NCBI GenBank assembly: GCA_050250935.1
Contig: JBFWNS010000001.1
Location: 160,001 to 224,000 of the forward strand
DNA: 64,000 bases
From: Candidatus Margulisiibacteriota bacterium
GTDB taxonomy: Bacteria; Margulisbacteria; Marinamargulisbacteria; JBFWNS01
Direction: 5' to 3'
Both the position numbers and the translations under genes were made by a program. Positions 48,385-58,570 of this stretch are shown piece after piece. How positions within the stretch are numbered: position 1 is the stretch's first letter; each line of letters starts with the position of its first letter. The notes under the pieces were generated by a model. The model did no database searches. It was not told the DNA's origin and saw only the letters and a program-made list of their open reading frames with translations.

Positions 48385-49626
48385 ATGCTTTTATTTATTC
48401 TTTTGGCCCTAGGCCTGGTCCAATTGGGTGTGCTTGTAGTGGTTTGGAAACGAACCGAAACCGCCGCTTCAACCCCTCAACTTGCAGAACTCACCCTCGA
48501 GCTTCGGTTACTGGTTAAAGCCATTTCGGATACTGAAAACCGACTTCTTAAAGACCTCAACACCCTCAGAACCGATAACCAAGTCCTTGCAAAAATGGGA
48601 CGGGACGAACAGCATCAGCACCTTTCTGCCCTAACCCAAAGCAACGATGTCAAACTCGAAGCGTTGCGCGCCACCATCGAAAAACGGCTCGAATTGCTGC
48701 AAAACGATAACAATCAAAAACTCGAGCAAATGCGGGTTACGGTGGACGAAAAACTGCACGCCACCCTGGAAAAAAGACTGGGCGAATCCTTTCAATTGGT
48801 CAGCAATCGGTTGGAATTGGTTCACAAGGGATTGGGGGAAATGCAAAGTTTGGCCACCGGCGTTGGGGATCTCAAAAAAGTGCTCAGCAACGTCAAAACC
48901 CGGGGACTCTGGGGCGAAATTCAGCTTAGCAATCTCTTAACCCAATTTTTGTCTCCCGAACAATTTGCCACCAACGTCAAAACCAAACCAGGTAGTAACG
49001 ACGCCGTTGAATTTGCCATAAAATTGCCCGGCCAAGGCTCCCACGAAGTCTGGCTTCCCATCGACGCCAAATTCCCACAAGATGCCTATCTTCATTTGGT
49101 TTCGGCCCAAGATCAAGGCAACGCAGACGCCATTGCCGATGCCACCAAACAGCTGGAACAACGCCTCAAAAGTTTTGCCAAAGACATCGCCACCAAATAC
49201 ATCGAAACCCCTTATACCACCGATTTTGGGATTTTATTTTTGCCCACAGAAGGGCTCTATGCAGAAGTGTTGCGCCTGCCTGGCCTCGCCGAAACCCTGC
49301 AGCAAGACCACCGCATCATGGTCGCCGGCCCCACCACTTTGGTGGCCTTGCTCAACAGCTTGCAACTGGGCTTCCGAACCCTGGTGATCGAAAAACGATC
49401 CAGCGAGGTTTGGTCCTTGTTGGGAACAGTTAAAACCGAATTTGGTAAATTTGGGGATTTATTGGAAAAAACCCATAAAAAACTTCAAGAAGCCGGGAAT
49501 ACCATCGAAGATGCCGCCCGAAAAACAAGAACCATCGAACGTCGGCTAAGGGACGTGAACTCCACCCCAGAACCCGGCACATCTTCAGGGCCCCTGTTTA
49601 CGGAACAGCGGTTAATGCTAGAATAA
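48385..49626 (+). CDS. rmuC: DNA recombination protein RmuC
   Basis: TM anchor, coiled coil, KTRGLWGE, PIDAKFP, FLPTEGLY. Confidence 0.94.
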   Translation: MLLFILLALGLVQLGVLVVVWKRTETAASTPQLAELTLELRLLVKAISDTENRLLKDLNTLRTDNQVLAKMGRDEQHQHLSALTQSNDVKLEALRATIEKRLELLQNDNNQKLEQMRVTVDEKLHATLEKRLGESFQLVSNRLELVHKGLGEMQSLATGVGDLKKVLSNVKTRGLWGEIQLSNLLTQFLSPEQFATNVKTKPGSNDAVEFAIKLPGQGSHEVWLPIDAKFPQDAYLHLVSAQDQGNADAIADATKQLEQRLKSFAKDIATKYIETPYTTDFGILFLPTEGLYAEVLRLPGLAETLQQDHRIMVAGPTTLVALLNSLQLGFRTLVIEKRSSEVWSLLGTVKTEFGKFGDLLEKTHKKLQEAGNTIEDAARKTRTIERRLRDVNSTPEPGTSSGPLFTEQRLMLE

Positions 49627-49631
49627 CCCCC

Positions 49632-50507
49632 ATGACACCCCGATTTGGCCGCATCATTACCGCCATGATTACCCCTTTTGACGACAACGGCGACGTCAAC
49701 TTCGACGAAGCCATTCGCATTGGAGAGTATTTAACCCAGAACGGCACCGATGCCCTTTTGTTGGCCGGGACCACCGGGGAATCCCCGACCCTATCCCACG
49801 ACGAAGAATTCGAGCTGTTTCGGGTCATGATCCGTCATTTTAAAGGCAAAGTCCCCATTGTGGTTGGGACTGGCTCGAATGCCACAGCCACGGCCATTGC
49901 CGCCACCCAAGAAGCCGAAAAATTGGGTGCTGATGCCACCTTGCAAGTGGTTCCCTACTACAACAAACCCCCTCAAGAAGGGATTTATCAACACTTCAAA
50001 GCCATTGCCGAAAATACAGACCTTCCCCTGATTTTATACAACATCCCAGGAAGAACTTCCCGCAACATGGATCCTGAGACCCTCGAAAAATTGGCCAGAA
50101 TCCCCAACATTGTTGCAATCAAGGAATCCGCCGGCAGTGTCGAACAAATGCGCGCTATGCGCCAAATGACCCCTTCTGACTTTGATATCTATTCCGGAGA
50201 CGACGGACTAACCCTCGATTTTATGGCTGAAGGGGCTTGTGGGGTCATTTCGGTTGCTGCTCACTGCGTCGGCCCACAGATGAAAACCATGATCGACGCC
50301 TTTGTGTCTGGTCACCACGATCAGGCTCGGGTTATCGAAACAACCCTCAAACCCCTTTTTGAAGGGCTTTTTGTCACCACAAATCCCATTTTGGTTAAAG
50401 CGGCCATGGCCCTTAAAGGCTTTTCTGTTGGTGTGCCCAGATTGCCTCTGGTTCCGGCCACAGAAACCGAAAAAACCATTCTAAAAGGTCTTCTAGACGC
50501 CCTTTAG
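49632..50507 (+). CDS. dapA: 4-hydroxy-tetrahydrodipicolinate synthase
   Basis: GTTGESPTL, PYYNKP, YNIPGRT, AIKES, SGDD. Confidence 0.97.
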   Translation: MTPRFGRIITAMITPFDDNGDVNFDEAIRIGEYLTQNGTDALLLAGTTGESPTLSHDEEFELFRVMIRHFKGKVPIVVGTGSNATATAIAATQEAEKLGADATLQVVPYYNKPPQEGIYQHFKAIAENTDLPLILYNIPGRTSRNMDPETLEKLARIPNIVAIKESAGSVEQMRAMRQMTPSDFDIYSGDDGLTLDFMAEGACGVISVAAHCVGPQMKTMIDAFVSGHHDQARVIETTLKPLFEGLFVTTNPILVKAAMALKGFSVGVPRLPLVPATETEKTILKGLLDAL

Positions 50508-50535
50508 ATTCCCCCCTTTTTTACCGATCTATCGC

Positions 50536-51021
50536 TTAGTGGTGGTGGTGGTGGTGACCGCCTGGAGAGTGCGCGTGTCCATGTTCCAATTCTTCGGAAG
50601 TAGCCTCTCTGACCGAGGTAATTTCAACATCAAAATGCAAGGTTTCCCCTGCCAAAGGATGATTGGCATCCAACAACACTTCGTCTTCTAAGATCTCATT
50701 TACAATATACGAGATCACGCCATTTTCGGTTTCGCAATCCAATTCCATACCCAATTCCAGGGTTACATCTTCAGGAAAAACGGTTTTGGGATATTTATGA
50801 AGCAAGGTTTCATCATAAGTTCCATAGGCTTCTTCTGGTGCAACCGTCACTTGCTTTTTATCGCCAACCTTAGACCCTTCCAAAGCCTTTTCTAGGCCTG
50901 GAATGATGTTTTTATGGCCATGTAAATAATCCAAAGGCGTTGTTGAAGCATCCAATTCTTGGCCTTCGCTATTGGTCAAACGATAGGTAAATCCGGCTAC
51001 GGTGTTTGCTGCAATTTTCAT
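50536..51021 (-). CDS. slyD: FKBP-type peptidyl-prolyl isomerase SlyD
   Basis: IIPGLEKAL, DANHPLAG, His-rich tail. Confidence 0.93.
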   Translation of the reverse strand: MKIAANTVAGFTYRLTNSEGQELDASTTPLDYLHGHKNIIPGLEKALEGSKVGDKKQVTVAPEEAYGTYDETLLHKYPKTVFPEDVTLELGMELDCETENGVISYIVNEILEDEVLLDANHPLAGETLHFDVEITSVREATSEELEHGHAHSPGGHHHHHH

Positions 51022-51024
51022 TCA

Positions 51025-52209
51025 TTATTCTCCTTGTTTATTCTCGAGCAAGCGGACCATCAACACCCCAGGAATGCCTTTGAGTTTTTCGAGGGCAGCT
51101 TGGCTTGGGCGTTGATTCAAATCCACAATGTTATACGCCAAATCGCCACGGCTTTTGTTCACCATTTCGCTGATGTTCAAATTTTCTGAAGCCAAAACAG
51201 AGGTAATTTGTCCAACCATATTCGGGACATTTTCGTTGCTTAAAATCAATCGAATATCGGTTGTTCGTTCAATCGAACAGTTCGGAAAGTTCACCGAATT
51301 GGTGATATTGCCATTGATCAAAAAGTCTCGAATTTGAGCAGAGACCATCACCGAGCAATTGTTTTCGGCTTCTTTAGTGGAAGCCCCCAAATGGGGGATA
51401 CAAATAACCTTTTTATGTTTTAACAGGGTTTCACTGGGGAAATCGGTGACGAACCTGGACAAATGCCCGGCATCCAAAGCTGCCACGATGTCTTGCTCGT
51501 TAACCACTTCAGACCGAGAAAAATTCAAAAGTACAGAGCCCTTTTTAACATGGCTCAGCAACTCGGCATTGATTACGCCACGGGTTTTGTCCGTCAAGGG
51601 AACATGAACCGAAATAAAATCAGAAGTCGAAAATAGCTTATTCAAGTTGGTGGCTGGCTTTACTGCTCTGGACAAGGCCCAAGCCGTGTTCACCGAAATA
51701 AATGGATCGTAGCCTTCAACATCCAAGCCCAAGGTTACGGCATCATTGGCGACCATCATCCCGATGGCACCCAACCCCATTACACCCAACTTTTTGCCAC
51801 GAATTTCATAGCCTTTGAATTTCACTTTGTCTTTTTCAACGGTGGTGTGAATGTCGTGGTCGTTCTTACCGGCCAAGGAGTTGGTGTATTCAATGCCTTC
51901 ATAGATGTTACGGGAGGCGATAAACAAACTGGCCAAAACCAGTTCTTTAACCGCATTGGCATTGGCACCTGGGGTATTAAAAGCAACGATCCCAGCTTTG
52001 GTACAGCGGTCGATGGGAATGTTGTTGGTCCCAGCGCCTGCTCGACCAATGGCTTTAAGGGCGGGTGAAAATTCCAGCGAATGCAAATCGGCACTACGAA
52101 CTAAAATCGCATCGGGGTTTTCCTGAGCATCGGAAATGTTAAAAAGGTCTTTTTCAAAGACATTCAGACCATCATGAGAAATATTGTTTACAGTTCGAAT
52201 ATGAAACAC
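51025..52209 (-). CDS. serA: D-3-phosphoglycerate dehydrogenase with ACT domain
   Basis: RAGAGTNNI, GLGAIG, PHLGAST, C-terminal ACT domain. Confidence 0.92.
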   Translation of the reverse strand: MFHIRTVNNISHDGLNVFEKDLFNISDAQENPDAILVRSADLHSLEFSPALKAIGRAGAGTNNIPIDRCTKAGIVAFNTPGANANAVKELVLASLFIASRNIYEGIEYTNSLAGKNDHDIHTTVEKDKVKFKGYEIRGKKLGVMGLGAIGMMVANDAVTLGLDVEGYDPFISVNTAWALSRAVKPATNLNKLFSTSDFISVHVPLTDKTRGVINAELLSHVKKGSVLLNFSRSEVVNEQDIVAALDAGHLSRFVTDFPSETLLKHKKVICIPHLGASTKEAENNCSVMVSAQIRDFLINGNITNSVNFPNCSIERTTDIRLILSNENVPNMVGQITSVLASENLNISEMVNKSRGDLAYNIVDLNQRPSQAALEKLKGIPGVLMVRLLENKQGE

Positions 52210-52261
52210 AGACGTCTCCTTTCTAGTATGCGGGTCATTGCGAGGTTTATCACAGGGCCAG

Positions 52262-52302
52262 AAAAAAAAGAGGGTGACTTAAGTTGATTCCTAAGCCACC
52301 CT
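52262..52302 (-). terminator. Intrinsic terminator at the end of the ribosomal protein cluster
   Basis: AGGGTGGCTTAG...TTAAGTCACCCT followed by a T-run on the minus strand, after rpsI. Confidence 0.8.
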
Positions 52303-52329
52303 GAACACAAATCCAATATCCAAAACCGA

Positions 52330-52857
52330 CTACCGTTTTCTGAACTGGAATCCTTTCCGGGCACGCTTCCGTCCATACTTTTTACGTTCTTTAATGCGGG
52401 GGTCACGGGTCAATAGACCGTGGGGCTTCAACGAGGCTCTGAACTCGGGGTTCAGTTCCAACAAGGCCCGGGAAATCCCCAACTGACAAGCGCCAGCTTG
52501 GCCAACAATCCCGCCACCCAACGTCGAGATGACGACATCGTATTTGGTCTCCAGGCCCAACACTTTCAAAGGTTCTCTGACTTGGTCTTCCAAAATCTTG
52601 GTATTCAAATACGCGATTGCAACTTCGTTGTTAATCACCATTTGGCCAGAACCAGGGAACAACCATACTTTTGCAATGGCTGATTTTCGCTTGCCGGTCC
52701 CATAGTAAGATGTTTTGGGGATTTTGATGGTTTTTTTAGGTTTTGCAGCTGTTGTTTTTTCAACAGCAGGTGCAACTTTTTTTGCTTTTTCAGCTTCAGC
52801 AACTGGTTTTGCAGCTTTGGCCACAGGCTTTTTTTCGTTTTTCTTTTTAGTTTCCAT
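52330..52857 (-). CDS. rpsI: 30S ribosomal protein S9 (Lys/Ala-rich N-terminal extension)
   Basis: GTGKRK, LLTRDPR, ERKKYG, FRKR. Confidence 0.97.
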   Translation of the reverse strand: METKKKNEKKPVAKAAKPVAEAEKAKKVAPAVEKTTAAKPKKTIKIPKTSYYGTGKRKSAIAKVWLFPGSGQMVINNEVAIAYLNTKILEDQVREPLKVLGLETKYDVVISTLGGGIVGQAGACQLGISRALLELNPEFRASLKPHGLLTRDPRIKERKKYGRKRARKGFQFRKR

Positions 52858-52860
52858 GGC

Positions 52861-53310
52861 TTACTTATTGCCTCCTTGAAGAACCAATACTTCCGGATTT
52901 TGAGCTTGATGAGGATGTTCATTCCCAGCATAGACTTTAACGTGCTTAACCAACTTTTTGGCCAATCTGTTTTTGGGCAACATGCCTTCAACCGCATGAC
53001 AAATGACACGTTCTGGGTTTTTAACGATCAAGTCTTTGAACGAAATCGCTTTTAGCCCGCCTGCATAACCGCTGTGACGGTAGTACATTTTGCTAGACGC
53101 TTTGTTGCCGGTAATTTTAATTTTTTCGGCGTTGATCACCACCACAACATCGCCAGCATCCACAGAAGGGGTAAAAATAGCCTTGTGTTTACCTCGGATA
53201 ATGGTCGCAATTTGTGATGCCAGACGACCTAGAACTTGGTCGGTAGCATCGACGACAAACCATTTTTGGTTGACATCGTCCTTTAAATGAAATGACTTCT
53301 GAAGCTTCAT
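52861..53310 (-). CDS. rplM: 50S ribosomal protein L13
   Basis: WFVVDA, LGRLAS, GMLPKN. ATG overlaps the truA stop. Confidence 0.97.
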   Translation of the reverse strand: MKLQKSFHLKDDVNQKWFVVDATDQVLGRLASQIATIIRGKHKAIFTPSVDAGDVVVVINAEKIKITGNKASSKMYYRHSGYAGGLKAISFKDLIVKNPERVICHAVEGMLPKNRLAKKLVKHVKVYAGNEHPHQAQNPEVLVLQGGNK

Positions 53311-54101
53311 CGTGTGAACTCCTCGTAATAAATCTTTGCTAAGGTCAGCCCATTGGGAGGAGCTAACACATAAATTGGCTTTTTGGCACCGTCTTCGAAA
53401 GCTTGAACAATCTCTTGTTCGGAAACTTTCCCTTGCACTGTACACCAAATTGCCCCAACAATACACCGAACCATTCGATACAAAAACGCATTTGCAATAA
53501 TCTTAAGTCGATAAACTGGAAAAGAGACACCAGAAACAGACTCAACAAAAGTTTGTTTCTCGATACAACAGTCATACACATCTCTTATCCAGGAGGATTC
53601 TGCTGATCCTCGGTTTGAGAAATTCCTAAAGTTTTTTCTTCCGACAAAAACCTTAGCCACTTTGTTTAAGACCTCCAAGTTGGGCTCAAAGTCGATTGAC
53701 GCCACACAATGGCGCATCAGGACTGGAACCTCCTGGGCACTAAAACAATAGTGATATTCTCTTGCTTTGGCTGAAAAACGGGCATGAAATCCGCTTTCAA
53801 CACAGGTCACTGCAGTTATTCGAATGTCATTGGGAAGCATCTTGTTCAGCTGCCTGCCAATCACATCGACTGGCACCACAGGGTTTGCAAAAAAATGCGC
53901 CGCCTGGTGCCCTGCGTGAACCTCGGTGTCTGTTCTACCTGCCATAATCAGCTTGATTTCGGTTTTGTACAGCCCGCTAAGCGCTCTCACGAGCTCTCCT
54001 TCGACTGTACGCAACCGCGGCTGGTACTGAGACCCTTTAAACTTCACTCCACAATAACAAAGATCAAGACGGTAATTTTGAATAAAACTATTGTTCAACA
54101 A
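53307..54101 (-). CDS. truA: tRNA pseudouridine(38-40) synthase
   Basis: AGRTDTEVHA, FHARFSA, FLYRMVR, APPNGL. Confidence 0.93.
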   Translation of the reverse strand: MLNNSFIQNYRLDLCYCGVKFKGSQYQPRLRTVEGELVRALSGLYKTEIKLIMAGRTDTEVHAGHQAAHFFANPVVPVDVIGRQLNKMLPNDIRITAVTCVESGFHARFSAKAREYHYCFSAQEVPVLMRHCVASIDFEPNLEVLNKVAKVFVGRKNFRNFSNRGSAESSWIRDVYDCCIEKQTFVESVSGVSFPVYRLKIIANAFLYRMVRCIVGAIWCTVQGKVSEQEIVQAFEDGAKKPIYVLAPPNGLTLAKIYYEEFTR

Positions 54102-54444
54102 ACTCTAAAAGCGAAACAGGGGCTGCGTCACCGCGTCGGAAACCCAACTTGGTCACACGGGTATACCCCCCATTTCGGCTGCTAAATTTAGGACCAATGG
54201 TCTTAAACAATTCAGACACAGCAGACTTGTTGGGCAACAAACTCAAGGCAATGCGTCGGGAATGCAAATCGCCTTTTTTGCTCAGGGTAATCAACCGCTC
54301 AACAAACCGTTGAGCTTCTGAAGCCCGGGTATCGGTGGTGGTGATTTTTTTAAATTCTACCAAGCTAACAACCAAGGTTCTCAAAAGCGCAATGCGCTGA
54401 TCCGTGGGCTTGCCTAGTTTCTTATTTCCTTTTTGATGTCTCAT
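54088..54444 (-). CDS. rplQ: 50S ribosomal protein L17
   Basis: MRHQKG, GGYTRV, RRGDAA. Confidence 0.97.
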   Translation of the reverse strand: MRHQKGNKKLGKPTDQRIALLRTLVVSLVEFKKITTTDTRASEAQRFVERLITLSKKGDLHSRRIALSLLPNKSAVSELFKTIGPKFSSRNGGYTRVTKLGFRRGDAAPVSLLEFVEQ

Positions 54445-54461
54445 GACTTAATCCTTAACTC

Positions 54462-55385
54462 CTAGCTTTCTTTTAAAGCCAAACCGTACTGTTTCAATTT
54501 ATCATTGATTTCATCGGCACTTTTTTTGCCGAAGTTTTTGATTTGAATCAGTTCAGACATGTCTTTCTCGATCAATTCAGAAACGGTTTCAATACCTGCC
54601 CGTTTCAAGCAGTTTGAAGATCTAGCCGACAACTCCAAGTCATCGATGGTCAAATTTAGGGCGGACTCTTTGACTTTGTCAGAAGGCTGAGTCACCGCAT
54701 GTTCCATTGGTTTTTCATTTAGGGCTTCAAACAATTGAAGCTGAGAAATCAAAAGAGCAGCAGCTTCTTTTACGGCTTTCTCAACATCAAGGCTGCCATT
54801 GGTAAAGACATCCAAAGTCAAACTATCGTAATCCAATTCTTTACCCACGCGGATGTTTTCAACTTGATGATTTACACGAACAATGGGAGAAAAAGAAGCA
54901 TCTAGATTGATGGTATTGATGGGTTGATCTTCACGTTGAGTAGAGGGGGCATAACCCACACCTTTTTCAAGGGTAAGTGTGGCCACAAATTTCCCAGAAC
55001 CCGAAACCTCTGCAATGTAGTGATCAGGGTTTACAATTTCCACATCGCTATCTCGCTTGATGTCGCTGGCATGCACTTTGCCAGGTCCTTTAAAGTCGAT
55101 GGTTAAGGTTTTCATTTCTTCAAAATGACCTTTAAACACAACGCCTTTCAAGTTTGCAATAATGTCAAAAACATCTTCGACAACATTGGGAACAGTAGAA
55201 AACTCATGTTCAATCCCATCAATATTGATGGATGTTAATGCGTAACCTGACAATGAAGACAACAAAACCCGTCTTAAAGAGTTTCCTAAAGTTGTTCCCA
55301 TCCCACGATTTAATGGAGACGCCACAAAACTTGCAGCGGCCTCATTTTTTTTCTCAAATTTTACCCACGGTAGCGGCTTAGACAC
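54462..55385 (-). CDS. rpoA: RNA polymerase alpha subunit
   Basis: TLGNSLRRVLLSS, HEFST, LSARSSNCL, NFGKKS. Confidence 0.98.
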   Translation of the reverse strand: MSKPLPWVKFEKKNEAAASFVASPLNRGMGTTLGNSLRRVLLSSLSGYALTSINIDGIEHEFSTVPNVVEDVFDIIANLKGVVFKGHFEEMKTLTIDFKGPGKVHASDIKRDSDVEIVNPDHYIAEVSGSGKFVATLTLEKGVGYAPSTQREDQPINTINLDASFSPIVRVNHQVENIRVGKELDYDSLTLDVFTNGSLDVEKAVKEAAALLISQLQLFEALNEKPMEHAVTQPSDKVKESALNLTIDDLELSARSSNCLKRAGIETVSELIEKDMSELIQIKNFGKKSADEINDKLKQYGLALKES

Positions 55386-55403
55386 GGCAGGACCTCCTAG
55401 TAA

Positions 55404-56024
55404 TTACCTTGAATAGAACTCAACAACCAGTTGTTCCTCGACAGGAACATCCATTTCAGTTCGTTCTGGTGTATGAAGCACTTTAAAGGAATGTGTGGCA
55501 TCTTCGAAAGCCAACCAAGTTGGCATCAATTGGCCTTTTACAAATTCAAAACGTTTCTTTAGGGCTTCAACAGAAGCTGGGGCAACAGACACCACATCGC
55601 CAGGCTTCACAATGATGGAAGGAATATCCACTTGTTTGCCATTCAAGAAAATGTGGCGGTGACGCACCAATTGTCGGGCTTCTTTACGAGAAGGTGCCAA
55701 GGCTACACGGCACAATAAATTGTCCAATCTTTTTTCAAAGTGGGCCAACAAATTGGTCCCAGTTACACCTTTTTGAGACACTGCTTTTTCAAAATAATTT
55801 CTGATTTGTTTTTCAGAAACGCCATAGAAAAAACGAAGCTTTTGTTTTTCTCTCAAACGACGGCCATATTCAGACATTTTCTTTGGAATACCAACACGAG
55901 GACCTGGGGGGAAGTTACGCTTTTCAATCGCGCATTTCGCCGTCAAACAACGGGCCCCTTTCAAAAACAACTTTACTTTATTTCTTCGGCAAATCTTACA
56001 ATTTGCGTCACGATATCTTGCCAT
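55404..56024 (-). CDS. rpsD: 30S ribosomal protein S4
   Basis: MARY..CKICRR, LREKQK, RLDN, VEFYSR. Confidence 0.97.
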   Translation of the reverse strand: MARYRDANCKICRRNKVKLFLKGARCLTAKCAIEKRNFPPGPRVGIPKKMSEYGRRLREKQKLRFFYGVSEKQIRNYFEKAVSQKGVTGTNLLAHFEKRLDNLLCRVALAPSRKEARQLVRHRHIFLNGKQVDIPSIIVKPGDVVSVAPASVEALKKRFEFVKGQLMPTWLAFEDATHSFKVLHTPERTEMDVPVEEQLVVEFYSR

Positions 56025-56033
56025 CAAATCCTC

Positions 56034-56417
56034 CTAGACGCGCCGTCTTTTTCTGGGTCTGCAACCGTTGTGTGGAATCGGGGTGACATCGCGAATGGAT
56101 TCTACCTCTAGCCCAGCACTTTGAATTGCTCTAATTGCTGTTTCACGACCAGAACCTGGTCCTTTAACCAAAACATGAATGCGTTGCATGCTTGCAATTT
56201 CAATGGCCTTTTTGGCGGCCAGCTCACCTGCTTGTTGAGCAGCAAAGGGAGTCCCTTTTTTGGTCCCTTTGAATCCTACAACGCCGGTTGAAAACCAAGA
56301 AATAACATTACCCTCGGTGTCAGTAATGGACACAATGGTATTGTTAAAGGTTGATTTGATGTGTGCAACACCAACCGGAACACTCTTTTTAACTTTCTTC
56401 TTCTTCTTTAAGCCCAA
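56034..56417 (-). CDS. rpsK: 30S ribosomal protein S11
   Basis: [22 protein letters not shown]. Confidence 0.98.
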   Translation of the reverse strand: MGLKKKKKVKKSVPVGVAHIKSTFNNTIVSITDTEGNVISWFSTGVVGFKGTKKGTPFAAQQAGELAAKKAIEIASMQRIHVLVKGPGSGRETAIRAIQSAGLEVESIRDVTPIPHNGCRPRKRRRV

Positions 56418-56434
56418 TTTCTATCCTCCAGTTC

Positions 56435-56809
56435 CTACTTAGTCACTTTTTTCTTACCAGCAATCGCAATTCGTTTACCCTTCTTGGTACGTGCATTGGT
56501 ATGCGTACGTTGACCCCGAACAGGCAAATTACGACGATGACGTTGTCCACGATAGCAGCCGATATCGCGTAGACGTCGAACGTTCTGGCCAATTTGACGA
56601 CGCAAATCACCTTCGATTGCGTATTCACTTACCGCATCACGCAACTTAACGATTTGATCTTCTGTAAGATCTTTCACCCGAATGTCTGGATTCAGGTTTA
56701 ATTTTTGAAGGATTTTCTGAGACAGAAAAGGACCAATACCAAAAATGTAAGTCAAACCAATTTCAACGCGTTTGTTTTTGGGCAAATCTACCCCACTAAT
56801 CCGTGCCAA
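56435..56809 (-). CDS. rpsM: 30S ribosomal protein S13
   Basis: [17 protein letters not shown]. Confidence 0.98.
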   Translation of the reverse strand: MARISGVDLPKNKRVEIGLTYIFGIGPFLSQKILQKLNLNPDIRVKDLTEDQIVKLRDAVSEYAIEGDLRRQIGQNVRRLRDIGCYRGQRHRRNLPVRGQRTHTNARTKKGKRIAIAGKKKVTK

Positions 56810-56821
56810 TGAAAACTCCTC

Positions 56822-56935
56822 CTAACCCTGTCTTTGCTTATGCTTGGGAATTTCGCAGATAATGCGAACAACGCCGTGACGTTTTACAACCTTACATTTT
56901 TTACACACTTTTTTTACGGACGCTCTTACTTTCAT
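56822..56935 (-). CDS. rpmJ: 50S ribosomal protein L36 (not in ORF track)
   Basis: Manual translation [37 protein letters not shown]. Confidence 0.97.
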   Translation of the reverse strand: MKVRASVKKVCKKCKVVKRHGVVRIICEIPKHKQRQG

Positions 56936-56959
56936 AAATCTATACCTCTTTTAACACTT

Positions 56960-57181
56960 CTATTTGACTCGATAGATAATTCTTCCCCTGGTCAAATCGT
57001 AGGGGGACAATTCTACCTTAACGCTATCACCAAGTAAAACTCGGATATAATTTTTTCGGATTTTTCCGGAAATGTGGGCGATGATGGTTTGACCAGTCTC
57101 TAGCTTAACTTTAAATTGAGCGTTAGGTAAAGACTCAACAACAACACCGGTAACTTCTATAACATCATTTTTTTTGGACAT
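56960..57181 (-). CDS. infA: Translation initiation factor IF-1
   Basis: [25 protein letters not shown]. Confidence 0.97.
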   Translation of the reverse strand: MSKKNDVIEVTGVVVESLPNAQFKVKLETGQTIIAHISGKIRKNYIRVLLGDSVKVELSPYDLTRGRIIYRVK

Positions 57182-57185
57182 AATT

Positions 57186-57935
57186 TTATAAGACTGTGAG
57201 GATTTCTGGTCCGGATTCACCAACAGCAATAGTGTTCTCGTAATGGGCGGACCATTTTCGATCGGCGGCTATTATAGTCCATTTGTCCGGTAATGTTAAG
57301 ACCCGATAATCTCCCAAATTGACCATGGGCTCTATGGCAAAAGTCATCCCTGTTTTGAGCGTAGGGCCCTTGTTCGGTTTTCCAAAATTGGGAATCAACG
57401 GTTCTTCGTGAAGGGATTTTCCAACCCCGTGGCTAAAAAGATCTCGGACAACGGAGAGCCCTTCAGACTCCACATGGCCCTGCAACGCTGCAGAAATGTC
57501 TCCCAAGCGGTTCCCTTCTTTTGCAAACGCAACGGCCTTGAAAAAAGACTCTTTCGTCACCGTTATCAAGTGCTGAACCTCGGGGGTCACATCCCCAACG
57601 GGAAAGGTTCTCGCAGCATCAACATGGAATCCTTTAAAATAAACACCAATATCGATCGAGCAAATATCGCCAGGGTATAAAACCTTATCAGGATATGGAA
57701 TGCCATGAACCACTTCTTCATTTTTGGAAATACAGGTAGCATGTTTATAGCCTTTATAGCCCAAAAAAGAAGGCTTCGCCCCATAAGAAGCTATGATTTC
57801 TTGAACTTTGGTATCCAAAAACCCCGCATTTACCCCTACCCGAATTTCTTTTTCGACGGCCTCAAAAACCCGAGCCAAAATCTTGCCGCCTTCTCGCATG
57901 ATGGCCAAATCCGCTTCTGTTTTAATGGGAATCAT
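57186..57935 (-). CDS. map: Methionine aminopeptidase type I
   Basis: VVHGIP, DAART, HGVG..LHEEP, AIEPM, SAHYE. Confidence 0.97.
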   Translation of the reverse strand: MIPIKTEADLAIMREGGKILARVFEAVEKEIRVGVNAGFLDTKVQEIIASYGAKPSFLGYKGYKHATCISKNEEVVHGIPYPDKVLYPGDICSIDIGVYFKGFHVDAARTFPVGDVTPEVQHLITVTKESFFKAVAFAKEGNRLGDISAALQGHVESEGLSVVRDLFSHGVGKSLHEEPLIPNFGKPNKGPTLKTGMTFAIEPMVNLGDYRVLTLPDKWTIIAADRKWSAHYENTIAVGESGPEILTVL

Positions 57936-58570
57936 AGTTTCGATTCCACCTGAGCGAAAACTTGATCTGGATTCTGGGATGCATCAATGGTGCAAATGGC
58001 CTTGGTGCCATAATGGCCTAGAATGGGATTTAATTCTTTTTCAAAAATTTTTGCCCGCTCTTCAATGACGGCTTCAGTATCGTCTGCACGAACGGTTAAA
58101 CTGCCTCCACAACGATCGCAGATTCCAGTTTGTTTTGGAGGCTGGGTTTCTTTGTGATACACGGCATCGCAGGCTTTACAGGTTAAACGCCCCAACATTC
58201 TTTTTTTCACCACTTCAAGTGGAACATTAAAAAAGAATACGGTTGCTTTTGCTTGGGGAAAATCATTTTTTAAGAGGCTATCCAGAGCTTTGCATTGACC
58301 TTCCGTTCTTGGAAAACCATCCAAGATAATGCCCTCTCCATCCAGGCTCCGCATATAGTCTTTAAATAAATCGATAATTAATGCATCCGGAACCAAGCGT
58401 CCCGAACTTAAAAAAGGGCTTAGTTCCTGACCCAGTGGCGTATTGTCACGAATGTGTTGCCGAATCAAATTACCGGTAGACACAATCTTAAAGGGATACT
58501 TCTCAACCAGTTTAGCGGCCTGTGTTCCTTTTCCTGAACCTGGTGCACCTAAAAAAATGAGAACCTTCAT
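57932..58570 (-). CDS. adk: Adenylate kinase
   Basis: GAPGSGKGTQ, LDGFPRT, Zn-lid CxxC...CxxC. Confidence 0.97.
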   Translation of the reverse strand: MKVLIFLGAPGSGKGTQAAKLVEKYPFKIVSTGNLIRQHIRDNTPLGQELSPFLSSGRLVPDALIIDLFKDYMRSLDGEGIILDGFPRTEGQCKALDSLLKNDFPQAKATVFFFNVPLEVVKKRMLGRLTCKACDAVYHKETQPPKQTGICDRCGGSLTVRADDTEAVIEERAKIFEKELNPILGHYGTKAICTIDASQNPDQVFAQVESKL